From Octopus vulgaris (Eukaryota): a stretch of DNA of 64,000 bases. Positions 14,317 to 28,564 of this stretch are shown one piece after another. The stretch covers positions 73,284,001 to 73,348,000 of the forward strand of contig OX597826.1 in the NCBI GenBank assembly GCA_951406725.2, in the 5' to 3' direction. Numbering within the stretch: the stretch's first letter is position 1; each line of letters begins with the position of its first letter. Made by a program: the position numbers and the translations under genes. Under the pieces are notes generated by a model. That model ran no database searches. It saw nothing but the letters and a program-made list of their open reading frames with translations, and was not told where the DNA came from.

Positions 14317-15458
14317 CTGCAAACGAACACTCATATACATACTTTCACTTACATACACAGAAAAGCACAGGTACACACACACATATACACATATGCACAT
14401 GCACACATTTTCTTATATACACCCATTCATTCACACACACACACACTCTTGAAACACACGCATATACATAATCGCAAACACACAGACACAAGACAAACAG
14501 ACACAGACACACACAAACACACACACACATAGGTGTAGGTGAGTCTGTGTGTTTACCAATATCTATCTATCTATACGTACATACATATATACATACATAC
14601 ATACATACATACATACATACATACATACATACATCTAGAGACATATATATAGTACATATAACATAAACATACATACATTCATACATACATACATATATAC
14701 ATACATACATACATAGTAGAGAGTATATATAGTACGGTTATATAGAAGGGGGGTATCCATATTAACCTAGTGTATTATTAATAACGGGTTCAATCCCCTG
14801 CTACGTATACGGCCACCCGACACACACTAAGTGTGTGTGTGTGTGTGTGTGAGTGAGTGAGTGAGTGCGTGTGAGTGAGTGTGTGCGTGTGTGTATGTGT
14901 GTGTGAGAGAGGAATGAGAAGAGAGTGTGTGTGGTCAGTGTTGTTGTTGTTGTCAGTTGTGGTGGGCCTGGTGGGACCAGCGTCTAGTGTTAGTGCAGTG
15001 TAAGTCGGGTAAGGAGATAGTCAACCCCCCCTACGCATACACACACATACACATATGCCCATAGATAACACGCAGACATACACACTTTGACATACATACA
15101 AACATACGCACGCACACATACATACGTATATACACACATACATATACTTAAAGACCTTCATGCATAAACAGATATATACACAAGTATGCACACAGGAAAA
15201 GATTTAGGCATATATACACACATCCATACGCGCACATACACTATACACATACATCTATAGCTTTACTGGTGAATACATACCTACACAAACAACCCAACTA
15301 TTCATATCATCATCATCATCATCATCATCGTCATTGTCAACAAGATCAGTATCATTACTACTACTACTACTACCACTTAAACTACTACTACCACTACTAC
15401 TACAACTACTAGTACAAAGGCACACTTTGGAACACTACAATAAATTCAGACGGTGATA

Positions 15459-15518
<60 letters not shown>

Positions 15519-15564
15519 CTGTAGTGATTGTTAGGGAAAATACAAATAAAAGGTGTCTGTAACA

Positions 15565-15597
<33 letters not shown>

Positions 15598-15660
15598 AAA
15601 GCAGGAACATTGATAGCAACAGCAATAGCAACAGCAATAACAACCACTGTGGTAGTAGTA

Positions 15661-15694
<34 letters not shown>

Positions 15695-15896
15695 CAACAA
15701 CAATAGCCAGAAGGATATAACCAATTGTAAAGGATTGACAATATCTACAAGTACAGCAGGAACAACAACAACACCAACTACCAAAAAAAAAAAAACAGCT
15801 GTGTCAACAAGAACAAGAAGAAGAAAAAGCTACCACTAATCCTAATACTACTATTACTATTGCTATTAGTACAACAGCTGTAGGAAAATTGTCAAG

Positions 15897-15936
15897 ATGA
15901 TGGAAGGTGACCAAGAATTGATAATGGAGTCTATCG
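15897..15936 (+). CDS. Putative first coding exon A (MMEGDQELIMESI, phase-1 donor) of a large gene continuing downstream
   Basis: aagATG context, in-frame TAG at 15867-15869, 13 non-repetitive codons + G, consensus donor GTAAGT at 15937; preceded by a repeat-rich 5'UTR-like region. Confidence 0.65.
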
Positions 15937-16338
15937 GTAAGTTTTGTCTTTTATTGCCATGGTAACCACACGCACCATCCATTGCTGTGGTAACACCATC
16001 TTACCCTCTCTCATCATCCTTCTTTACTTGCACTCTCAGACTCCTTTCGTTCTAGACATCTATCTTTCTGTCTTTCACCCTTTCTTTCTCTCTTTCACTC
16101 TCACCCCCACTCTCAATCTCTTTCTTCATATCTTTGAGTTTCTCTCCCTCTCTCTTTCTCTTTCCTCCTCCACCTCCTCCTCTCTCTCTCTCTCAATCTC
16201 TCTTTCTGTCACTCTCTTGACCTCAATTTTTTTGCTGTCATTCTTGCCCTCTCTACCATCCAGAGTATAACATATGGAGAGCTATGTGTAGATGTAGGTG
16301 CATATATATATATATATATATATACATATACACATACA

Positions 16339-16384
<46 letters not shown>

Positions 16385-16595
16385 CATGCATATATATACA
16401 TATATATATATATTTACATATATATATATATATATATGAGCATATACGTATATATACATATATGTAAGTATGCATATATATATATATAATTGTCATAGAT
16501 TGTAAGTGACTTCACGAACAAAACATGAGAGTGCTCAATACATTGTGTAGAGTGATGAGCATACTTATTATTATAGCAAATATATTAATCCTTTC

Positions 16596-16639
16596 CCACG
16601 ACTTTCAATTTCATGCTAAACAGGGCATTCTTCAGATGG
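16596..16639 (-). ncRNA. Type I hammerhead ribozyme motif (antisense partner)
   Basis: Reverse complement: CCAU-CUGAAGA-AUGC-ccuguuua-GCAU-GAAA-UUgaaAG-UC-GUGG; full core, GUC triplet, weak stem III. Confidence 0.7.
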
Positions 16640-16698
16640 ATATTGATTCGAGTCAACGTTTCGTATTGATTCCCTGTGAACCATCACTCCAATCACAA

Positions 16699-16743
16699 CC
16701 ATCTGAAGAATGCCCAGTCTGGCATGAAACTTTTAAGTCATGG
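16699..16743 (+). ncRNA. Type I hammerhead ribozyme motif
   Basis: CCAU-CUGAAGA-AUGCC-cagucu-GGCAU-GAAA-CUUuuAAG-UC-AUGG: stems I, II and III pair, canonical core, predicted cleavage after C16739. Confidence 0.85.
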
Positions 16744-16858
16744 CATAAGTAGCAACATTAATCAATCATATCATATTTATATAAGTATATATACATATAC
16801 ACACATACATATATATACATATATATATATATATTTATATGTATATAGCGTTTAGAAA

Positions 16859-16900
<42 letters not shown>

Positions 16901-17455
16901 GTTAGAAATATACATATATATATATACATATATATAATACACATATGTGCATATATGCATGTATATGTTTATTTATGTGCGTATGTCTTTGTTTGGATGT
17001 GTGCATTTAACTGTGGTGGAACAACGTCTGTTTGAAATGTGAATTATTAAAAGCACCTTTGCGATCGGCTTTTATCATTTCAATGAAGCATGGTTCATGC
17101 TTTTAATAATTAATATATCGATGCTGCACACGGGAAATAAGCTATTCAAAATAAACAGTACTTAAACGTTAAACAATGCGAAAGCCGGCGATCATGGTTT
17201 GAACAGTTATAGCAGCATTCCTATGATCCCTTGATGCCTACAACAAAACGCATTAATTATGCTCGGCTACACCGTTTCATACACAGCCTGTAACAAAGAA
17301 GATCTTGAAAGCTTAATGGCCTCAGAAGAGTTTTGATTGGAAACGAGACATAAAAGACTAATGAGGATGTGTGAAATATCTTCAATAAAACTTATTGAAG
17401 CCGAGCAGTCTTGTCTCATATATATATATGCAGATAGATAGATAGATGGATAGAC

Positions 17456-17594
<139 letters not shown>

Positions 17595-17607
17595 CAGATA
17601 GATAGAT

Positions 17608-17641
<34 letters not shown>

Positions 17642-17676
17642 ATAGATAGATAGATAGATAGATAGGTGTGCGGGTA

Positions 17677-17744
<68 letters not shown>

Positions 17745-17828
17745 ATAGGATTAGCTCGTATACGAGTAGGTATATATTTGTAAAAAATTCATTTTTTACA
17801 AATATATATATATATATATATATATTAC

Positions 17829-17940
17829 TTGGGCTTACAAAGAATAAGTCCCGAGGTCGATTTGATCGACTAAAGGCGGTGCTCCAGCATGGCCGCAGTC
17901 AAATTTCTGAAACAAGTAAAAGAGTAAAAGAGTAAAAGAG
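17829..17940 (+). mobile_element. SINE family A 3' fragment
   Basis: gggcttacaaagaataagtccc...ccagcatggccgcagtcaaa...gaaacaagtaaaagag matches 3' end of 19471-19910. Confidence 0.85.
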
Positions 17941-17944
17941 TATA

Positions 17945-18275
17945 TAGTTGAAATTTATAGAAAAACAAAACATGACCCAACGTTCGAAACGCGGAGTAGA
18001 TAAAACAGGGGACAACTGATGAAGGGATTGTTCTTTATGTTACCTGTCTCGTTTCTCTATTTGTTTCTTTCGTTGTTCGTAAAAAAGGTTCGTTTTCCAT
18101 GTTTTTTTTCATGTTCTCGCTTTTCATTTTGGTCACGTCTTTCTTGACGTCCTGTACCCATGTATGCATGTATATATACATATATATGTAAGTATGTACA
18201 TATATGTGTGTATATATGCATATATATTGTTTATATTATATGATCGAACGTCACGCATCCATTTCCAAGTAAGTT
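17945..18275 (+). mobile_element. Interspersed repeat family D (GAAAC...CTGATGAAGGG plus TA-rich tail)
   Basis: Homologous to 22880-23165 (+) and 57868-58135 (-), sharing gtcctgtac...tatgcatgtatatatacat...gcatatat. Confidence 0.7.
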
Positions 18276-18279
18276 TTAT

Positions 18280-18353
<74 letters not shown>

Positions 18354-18354
18354 A

Positions 18355-18393
<39 letters not shown>

Positions 18394-18494
18394 GTAGATA
18401 CATACATATACATACGTACATAATACATACATACATACATACATACATACATACATACATACATACATACATACATACATACACACGTGCATAA

Positions 18495-19332
18495 TTGCCA
18501 CCCAACAGTATCAAATTAATAGCAGAACTTGAAGCATTTCAGCGGTGCTACACCGGGAAGATTGCATCAATGGAACAGCTGAGCTACCGAGAGAGACTGA
18601 AAGAGCTACGACTCTACTCTCTGGAGCGAAGATGGGAGAGATATGCACAGATATACGCATTGAAAATACTAGCGGAACCGGTACCAAGCTTTGGTATTGA
18701 GAGCTGTACAAGCTCCCGAACTGGACGTCACAGCAATGTCCTAATGTTCCTAGCTATCCCGTTTAGAGTGAGGAGCATAGCTTGGAATTCAAGGGCCCAC
18801 AGCTATTTAACGCCTTGCCAAAATATCTGAAGGGATCTTCACGGAGTAAGAGTTAGTTAGTTAGTTAGTTAATTTTTTGGCTCAAAAAGCAAAAAGCAAG
18901 GCCATGTAGGGGGACATGGAGTTATGTACAGGGTGGTGTTCATGTAAAGAGTTCAGGCCACTTGAGGTCAAGGGAGACTTTGAACAAAGCGGTCGTCGGC
19001 ATCTTCACCATCTCGTCTGGCAGCTTGTTCCACGGATCCGCAACCCGGACGGAGAAGGCTCCTCTCCTTCGATTGTGATGAAACCGTCGCAGGTAGAGCT
19101 TTTCGGGATGACCCCGCAGCCGACGCTTTGGAGCAGGAGTGAAGAACAGCTCTTTCGAGAGGTTACACTTTCCGCTTATGATGTTGTGAGCGAGAATGAG
19201 ATCACCACGGCGGCGGCGTGTAGATGTTTCCAAAGAGTAGATGTTTCCAAAGAACAATTTGACCACCTGCTACCCAAGGTCCCAGATGAACCGATATCGA
19301 GGCAGGAAACTCAAAAGAAGGCGGTTGTATAG
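18495..19332 (+). mobile_element. Decayed CR1/L2-type LINE ORF2 C-terminus, interrupted by a second LINE
   Basis: Translation LEAFQR...LSYRERLKELRLYSLERRWERY, and after the insertion VDVSKEQFDHLLPKVPDEP; typical post-RT motifs. Confidence 0.8.
18851..19240 (-). mobile_element. 5'-truncated CR1-type LINE 3' end with (TAAC)n tail
   Basis: YSLE..RRRRGDLI...LRGHPEKL...RRGAFSVRVADPWNKLP...FKVSLD motif series, short 3'UTR, terminal TAAC repeats at 18853-18872. Confidence 0.85.
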
Positions 19333-19470
19333 AATCCCCTCCTTCACCAAAAGCGAACCCCATAAGATTGACCATTGAAAAGGGGATTACACTGGCGGTG
19401 CTCGAGCATGGCCGCAGCCTTACGGCAGAAACGTATTAGAGGTTGAACGAATAAAATTATATATATATAT

Positions 19471-19644
19471 AGGCGCAGGAGCGGCTGTGAGATAAGTAGC
19501 TTGCTAACCAACCACATGGTTCCGGGTTCAGTCCCACTGCGTGGCATCTTGGGCAAGTGTCTTCTGCTATAGCCCCGGGCCGACCAATGCCTTGTGAGTG
19601 GATTTGGTAGACGGAAACTGAAAGAAGCCTGTCGTATATATGTA

Positions 19645-19726
<82 letters not shown>

Positions 19727-19910
19727 TGTGTGTGTGTTTGTTCCTCTAGCATTGCTTGACAACCGTCACTTAGCGGTTCGGCAAAAGAGACCGATAGAAT
19801 AAGTACTGGGCTTACAAAGAATAAGTCCCGGGGTCGATTTGCTCGACTAAAGGCGGTACTCCAGCATGGCCGCAGTCAAATGACTGAAACAAGTAAAAGA
19901 ATAAAAGAAT
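19471..19910 (+). mobile_element. tRNA-derived SINE family A, near full length with internal (TA)n(TG)n
   Basis: ggcgcaggag..gctgtg head, gggttcagtccc B-box-like motif, 3' gaaacaagtaaaagaa; multiple copies in window; resembles described octopus SINEs. Confidence 0.88.
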
Positions 19911-20105
19911 ATATGAGATTCAGTGGAATTAGGTCCTTCAATTGAGGCACCTCGTTAGGTCGGAATAATATACAATAATACACCAATATTGTGTAAATAT
20001 CAAACTCGGTGCATACGTACCGGCTGAACGATATCCTGGCAGTGAATGTAGACAATTAGACCCAGCTGACTGAAGAAATGTGCTCTTGAGCTATTCAGAC
20101 ATATA

Positions 20106-20308
20106 TTCTTTTACTTGTTTCAGTAATTTGACTGCGGCCATGCTGAAGCACCGCCTTTAGTCGAGCAAATCGATCCCAGGACTTATTCTTTGTAAGCCTA
20201 GTACTTATTTATCGGTCTCGTTTGCCGAACCGCTCAGTTACGGGGATATAAACACACCGGCATCGGTTGTCAAGCGATGTTGGGGAGCAAAGACGCACAT
20301 ACACAAAC

Positions 20309-20398
<90 letters not shown>

Positions 20399-20722
20399 TG
20401 ATAGAAATGGTAAGACAACAAAAGAATGAAAGAGACCTCAATATTATGTAAATAGAGGAAATTATCTGTAAATGTAATATGTGACAATTATTCGGTAGTC
20501 ATGATAAAACTCCGCAATCCGAAACTCGGAGTTTTATCATGGCTATATATATATATATATATATATACGACGGGCTTTTTTCAGTTTCCGTCAACTCAGA
20601 TGGGCTTTGGTTGGCCCAAGGCTATAGTAGAAGACACTTGCCCAAGGTGCCACGCAGCGGAACTGAACCGGAACCATGTGGTTGTTAACCAAGCTACTTA
20701 CCACACAACCAACATGCGCCTA
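20106..20722 (-). mobile_element. SINE family A copy, interrupted in its (TA)n tract by a ribozyme-family element (about 20398-20545)
   Basis: 3' half at 20106-20312 and head at 20565-20722 are collinear on the minus strand. Confidence 0.85.
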
Positions 20723-21401
20723 TATGTACACGTACATTATATTAAATATACGGTCCATATTTACGATTGGCAGATTCCGAGACCGGTGAATAAATTATAT
20801 ATGAGTAACAGTAGAGGTACAAGTCTACTCATTTATAACATATATATATGCCTGTATAAGTTAGAGGTGAATAAACCATGTAAGGGATATTGAATATATA
20901 TATTATCTTGGTTTCCAACTTGACGTAGATTCTGTTAGAACACGGACTACTGCGTTTTTTTACCCTGAAAGAATTTCTCGTAAAGGCTTGTGATGCATAA
21001 TAGCACTCGGCATAATATCCTTGACAGACAGCGCCGTCTGATACGACCACCGGAACTGCCAGATCACCTGGTTTCAGTCAGCCATCATTGTTCCTCGGTG
21101 ACAGATGTCCAGGAACACGATAACAGCTGAATCTCATGTCGACCATATATAGACTCTCCAATGTCTGTACAGTTACTGGTATCGCAATTAACTAGTGAAC
21201 TAATTAAAAAAATAATTAATAGTGACAGAAGCATTATTAATCTTCGTCTCCAACTTTAGAGGTTGTGTTAAAAAACAAAATACATACATATATATATACT
21301 TACATTCATATGTGCATGCATGCATACATACATACGCACACACACACACACATACATACATACATATGTGTAGACATGTATTTATTTATATATATATGAG
21401 C

Positions 21402-21439
<38 letters not shown>

Positions 21440-21715
21440 CCATATACATGTGTATATATGTGTGTATGTATGTATATGTAAGTGTGTGTGTGTGAGTGTG
21501 TGTGGGGGTGGGGGTGGGGGTGTGTTCAGAGAGAGAGCTACTCCCATTTGGTACTCAGAGTTCAAGGTTTCTAAAGACTCGAGCCTTCCTTCGAACTCGT
21601 GATTCCGGCGTTTTGCCACGATGAAGCCTCATTTTCGAACCCTGCTTAACCGGTGTCTACACACATATGCCTCCATAGTTTATATACTGCTGTCTATCTG
21701 TCAGTCTCACTCACA

Positions 21716-21763
<48 letters not shown>

Positions 21764-21783
21764 GTTTCGTACTTTGTGTGTGC

Positions 21784-21820
<37 letters not shown>

Positions 21821-22003
21821 TGTGTGCATAGCACACACAAACACACAAATAGACACACACACAAACATACACATACACACACAAACACACAGATAGACAC
21901 ACACACAAACATACATACACACACACCCATACCTTCTCGAGACTCATGTTCACATTAGTGATTCATAAGGAAAATGATTCTCCCTTTATACATACATACA
22001 TTC

Positions 22004-22091
<88 letters not shown>

Positions 22092-22092
<1 letters not shown>

Positions 22093-22285
22093 TGAGAGAA
22101 ATGGTAAAACAACACCAGAATGAAAGAGACCTCGATATTATGTAGAGGAATTTATCTGTAAATATAATATGTGACAATTACTCGGTAGCCATGATAAAAC
22201 TCCGAGTTTCGGATGTCGGGGCGTAAAACCCACGTCGCCATCTTTTCAGTTAACCGGCATTTTTTCGATGCCCGGATAACTGATA
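22092..22285 (-). mobile_element. Repeat family E copy with mutated hammerhead (22193-22254)
   Basis: Homologous to 20398-20545 and 60190-60300; core reads CUGAAAA instead of CUGAAGA. Confidence 0.75.
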
Positions 22286-22334
22286 CATGAACATATGTAA
22301 ATATAGATAGATAGATAGATGTGTGTGTGTGTTT

Positions 22335-22383
<49 letters not shown>

Positions 22384-22583
22384 TGTGTCTGTATACATAG
22401 GACTCTTGTACAAATGCATTCAAAAATCAAATGCGCTCAATACTTGTAGCGCGTTGTCTAGACACTTAGCATTCACTGAACATTTGGAATGTGGAACAGG
22501 AGCATCCAAAATCCTTAAATAAATGTGGTCTCATACTCACACACACACACACATATATATTTTTAAATATATATCTATCTCTA

Positions 22584-22628
<45 letters not shown>

Positions 22629-22830
22629 GTATGTATATATATATGCATATATGGGTACAGGATGTCACCAACAGTGAAATGAGTTAAATACGCAAATACC
22701 GATAGAAAAAAGGACAAGTAATACAAAGAATGACCCTTCATCGGTTGTCGGCTAGGTATCTACTCCCCATTTCGTGTAATATATATATATATATCTGTAT
22801 GAGTGTATGTTCGAATGTATTTGTGAGTGC

Positions 22831-22879
<49 letters not shown>

Positions 22880-22883
<4 letters not shown>

Positions 22884-23165
22884 CTTCGAAACACGCTGGA
22901 GTTGAACTAGGGACAGCTGATGAAGGGGATTTTTCCTTGTGTAGTTGTCTTGTACTCTGTTTTTTCGTTGTTAAAAAATGGTCCGTTCCATGCTGTTTTT
23001 ACCTTTTCGTTTCTCGTTGAGTTCTACGTCTATTTGTGGTGTCCTGTACTCACGTATATATGTTTATATATGCATGTATATATACATGTAGATGTAGGTA
23101 CGTACATATATGTTTGTATGTATGCATATATTTTATTTATTACACTATTGTATGACTGAGCGCCC
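22880..23165 (+). mobile_element. Interspersed repeat family D
   Basis: Similar in inverted orientation to 57868-58135; starts directly after a (TA)n tract. Confidence 0.75.
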
Positions 23166-23380
23166 TCGCGTCGATTCGATTCGATTCGTTTCGTTTCGTT
23201 TCTTCTTCTTCTCTAAGCTGGTTTATATATATATATATATATTACACGAAATGGGAAGTAGATACCCAGCCGACAACCGATGAAGGGTCAATATATACAT
23301 ATATTACATATATTACATATGCACACACATATTTATACAGATAGATACATTATGTGTATGTGTACATATGTTTGCTTTTG

Positions 23381-23504
<124 letters not shown>

Positions 23505-24048
23505 TGTGTATGTATATATATTGATATGTAAATGAACACTCACACACACACACACACACACACATATACATAAATTTACACATGCATATATACTGTACAT
23601 ATACAATACTTTGATAACTATCTCCAACAACGAATAGTGAAAGATCAGAAATCTCCACCTGATTAGATAGATCGATATGCCGAGCTCTATCTTGTAAACA
23701 TGCACTCTTTAATATTTCCACCCTGTTATCAATCTCCCTATCATTACAGATCGATATCTACCCCTCTGATTCCCTTTCTATTTTAACCCAATAATTGACA
23801 TTCCTGAACTTGCGCTCCCTTTACGACTCCCTATATTTTCTTGTAAATTCCTGTACAACTTTAATTATATTTCCCCGCTACGCTTTTCTCCGATTTATCA
23901 TTTAATATTTTTAGGTTATTTTTCTTCATATATTTTCTGAATTCTGATTTAAATTTTTATTCATATGCTTCTTCTATTTTTTATTTTATTTTATTTTATT
24001 TTTCATCTTGTATTTTATTTCTAATTACCCAAGAGAAATAAGTCACCT

Positions 24049-24116
<68 letters not shown>

Positions 24117-24182
24117 CATATATATATATATATATGTATGTATGTATGTATGTATATATAAATGTATGTATGTATGTGTGTG

Positions 24183-24220
<38 letters not shown>

Positions 24221-24409
24221 TGTGTGTGCGTGCGTGTCTGTCCATACATTTCCGAAAAACTGGTTTTGTCTATCATCTGGAAAATGAAACTAAACGTATC
24301 GATGTATTGTATTTAATGGGCTATATCTCATACATATTTCACAGTACAAATATAATAATGAGTACTCTGTTTTTGTTCGTGCAAACAATCGTGTGGGGGT
24401 GTGTATGCG

Positions 24410-24467
24410 TGTGTGTGTGTGTGTGTATTTACATATATATATTTATGTATATATACATACAAATTTG

Positions 24468-24506
<39 letters not shown>

Positions 24507-24565
24507 GTGCGTGTGTTTGTGTGTATTTACTTATATATATTTATGCGTATATACATACAAATTTG

Positions 24566-24603
<38 letters not shown>

Positions 24604-24692
24604 CGTGTGTTTGTGTGTATTTACTTATATATATTTATGCGTATATACATACAAATTTGTATATGTGTGTGTGTGTGTGTGCGTGTGTTTGT
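24410..24692. repeat. Tandem triplication of an approximately 95-100 bp microsatellite-derived unit
   Basis: gtgtatttac.tatatatatttatg.gtatatacatacaaatttgtatatg(tg)n occurs three times. Confidence 0.85.
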
Positions 24693-24803
24693 GTTATTAG
24701 ATAGATATGATTGCAACTATAGGTATTGATTATTGCATTCTTTCATTGGTTTGTTCATTCAATCGTGAAAAAAATATACAATATTTATATATGATACACA
24801 CGT

Positions 24804-24873
<70 letters not shown>

Positions 24874-25014
24874 GATCAGATATGTTCTGTTAATAAATCA
24901 TACGCGTTGTATTCTGTGAATAGGCTCGTTTTTCTTGTTGATCACCCCCCACAACACTCCACATCCCCACCGCCTCCAGTTCTCTTCTATTGTCTTTTAT
25001 TGATGGTTTTTGCC

Positions 25015-25111
25015 AGTAGTAGTAGTAGTAGTGGTGGTGGTGGTGGTAGTAGTAGTAGTAGTAGTGGTGGTGGTGGTGGTGGTGGTGGTGGTGGTGGTGG
25101 TGGTGGTGGTG

Positions 25112-25167
<56 letters not shown>

Positions 25168-25389
25168 GGTGATGGTGGTGGTGGTGGTGGTGGTGGTAAT
25201 AGTAGTAGTAGTAGTAGTAGTAGTAGTTGTAGTAGTAGGAGTAGTAGTAGTAGTAGTAGTAGTAGTAATGGGGACAGTGTTGGTGGTGATGGTGGTAGTG
25301 GTGGTGGTAGGGATGGTAGTAGTGATGCTGATGATGTTGGTGATTGTTGTTGTGACAGTTGCTTTTGCTGCTGTTGCTGCTGCTGCTGC

Positions 25390-25435
<46 letters not shown>

Positions 25436-25440
25436 GCAGA
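25015..25440. repeat. Compound (AGT)n/(GGT)n/(TGT)n trinucleotide repeat
   Basis: Direct inspection; explains poly-S/G/V/C ORFs. Confidence 0.95.
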
Positions 25441-25607
25441 TGTAGTAGCGGTGGTGAGGCAGGTACAGTGTTGATGTTGTTGTCGATGATACGAAATAAA
25501 CAATCTTATTGTATAACAAAAATCTGATTAATTTTTACACCTGTTATTATTAAAATTTTCTACTAGTAATATTTGTATATTATATATCGGTTACAGTAAC
25601 CGATGGC

Positions 25608-25677
25608 AGAGAGAGAGAGAGATTCATTGATTGATACATAATAGATAGATAGATAGATACATACATACATAGACGTT

Positions 25678-25725
<48 letters not shown>

Positions 25726-25801
25726 GATAGATAGGAAGGTAGGCTGATAGATAGATAGATAGATAGATACATACATACATACATAGACGTTGATAGATAG
25801 T

Positions 25802-25833
<32 letters not shown>

Positions 25834-25893
25834 TTCATTGATTGATACATAATAGATAGATAGATAGATAGATACATACATACATAGACGTTG

Positions 25894-25949
<56 letters not shown>

Positions 25950-25995
25950 ACACACACATAGATAGATAGGAAGGTAGGCTGATAGATAGATAGAC
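25608..25995. repeat. Tandem duplication of an approximately 220-240 bp GA/GATA-rich unit
   Basis: gattcattgattgatacataat and catagatagataggaaggtaggctgatag each occur twice; catagacgttgatag occurs three times. Confidence 0.8.
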
Positions 25996-26303
25996 ATGTT
26001 TCTTTATTAGCCACACAGGGCTGCACACAGATAGAACAAATTACAAGGTAGAGCTTTTCTTTTGGGGGTAAAAAAAAAAGAGAGTGGTGGTTTTCGATCA
26101 AAAGGGATCGTAAAAGGAAAGAAAAAGGACAAAAAAAAGGGAGGGGTTAAAAAAGGTGGGGGGGGAGAGAAAAAAATAGATAGATAGATAGAGAAGCTGT
26201 CAGAAACAGATTGACAGGCAGACTGACAGGCAGACTGACAGGCAGACAGACAGGCACACAGACAGGCACACAGACAGGCAGGCAGACAGGCAGACAGACA
26301 GAC

Positions 26304-26371
<68 letters not shown>

Positions 26372-26815
26372 GGATGGATGGATGGATGGATGGATGGATA
26401 GATAGATAGATAGATAGATAAACTGTCAGAAACAGACTCACAGACAGACAGGCAGACAGACAGACAGACAGGCAGGCTGGCTGGAAGACAGACAGACAGA
26501 CTGAAAGATAGATAGATAGATAGAGAGATAGACAGAAAGACGGTGATAGAGAGAGAGTATGGTAAATAGATCAATACGCATGTAGCTAGACAGTCTGTGT
26601 GTGCGTGTGTATGTGTGTGTGTGTGTGCATGTGCGTGTATGTGTATGTGTGCGCATGCACGGGTGTACGAGAGACGAAAATGCGTTTTATTTACGTGATA
26701 ATTAATGACAATTGCCTTACAGAGAAACACACGCAGATACAAAACTATACACGCACACCCATGTGTACACATACTTACACAGTTTCACATATACATCGTT
26801 CGCATGCGTGCGCGC

Positions 26816-26873
<58 letters not shown>

Positions 26874-27115
26874 AGCAAACAAACACGCGCATAAACATAC
26901 GCTATCAAAAGCGGGTATTGAACTCGCGTTGAATGGATGCTGTCAGCATCATTTCCCATTGCTGCGTAGGTTCTTTACCAAATTCATCATCTAATTATAC
27001 ACATACCTACCTGCAAACATACATATACACACTCTTGTTTACATACACATATACATATACATGCTTGCATGCACACATTTTTACATACACATACTCACAC
27101 ATACACATACACACC

Positions 27116-27170
<55 letters not shown>

Positions 27171-27321
27171 ACATACATACATACATACATACATACATAC
27201 ATACACTTACATAAGCATATATGCATGCATACATACATACACACCCACAAAGCATATCCACATACACATATATATACACGTATATATCCACATGCGTACA
27301 TACATATATACATATACACAC

Positions 27322-27377
<56 letters not shown>

Positions 27378-28527
27378 GCATACATGCGTACATACATTCC
27401 TACATACATATGCATACATAGTGAGAGTGTGTGCGCGCGCAGATGTGTGTGTGTGAGTGTGTGTGTGTGTGTGTGTGTGTCTATGAAAAGGAGCTGGTAT
27501 TGAACTCACGATGAATAGATGTTGCTGCCAGTTCAAAAAACTAATTATCTATGAGAAACAATGGTTGAGCTCCTCTTCCAATTCTTTCCAACTCTCTCCT
27601 TTTCTCTACTCACCCCCCATTTCATGTCGTCTGCTTGAATAAGACGTTACATCGCGAGATTTCACACTAAAATTACTCTCTGATGGGACTCTTACCTTTC
27701 TTTACCCCAACGTTTTCTTTTTTACTTTATTTTGTAACGCGTTGTTTTTAGGTTGTTTTTTTTATGTGTGGAGGGGGGGTTGTTTTGCTTTGCTTTTGTT
27801 TTATTTTTTGGGGGGTTTTTTTTTGGATGTCTTGGAGAACTTAGTAAGAATTTTCACTGAAACACGTAGCAAAACATACCATTTGCTTGTGAGTAGTCTT
27901 AGGCAACGCACGGATGTCGTATGAATAGCGAGGGAGAAAAAGAGAAGACCCCTGTCAGGGTTAAAGATGGAAAGAAAGAAAGAAAAGAAAGATGGAAGGA
28001 GCTGAGAAAGAAAGAGAAGGAAGAAAGGAAGGCAGGAAGGAAGAAAGGGAGACCAGTTGTTATGGACTTCAGTAACCATGGATTCCATTTAGGAAATTCA
28101 GTCCACAGTAGGTTTTCATCTCTCCATTTTCTCCCACATCTCTCTCATCGTCACTCCCTTTCTCCTTGTCTTTCTATCTTTCTCCTTGTCTTCTATCTCT
28201 CTATCTATCTCCTTGTCTCTCTCTCTGTCTATCAATCTTTTTCCTTGTCTCTCTCTCTCTCTCTATCTCTATCTCTCTATCCTACTCCTTGTCTCTGTGT
28301 CTCTATATCCCTATCTATCCTTCCTTGTCTCTATCTCTCTCTTTCTCCTTGTCTCTATCTCTCTATCTCTCTCTCCTTCTCCTTGTCTTTGTCTCTCTAT
28401 CTCTATCTATCCTTCTCTTTGTCTCTATCTCTCTATATCTCTCTTCATCTTTTCTTTCTCTTTCTCTTTCAGTTTCTCTTCTTCTCCTTGTCTCTCCCTT
28501 TCTCCTTGTCTCTCTTTCTTTCTCCTT

Positions 28528-28564
<37 letters not shown>

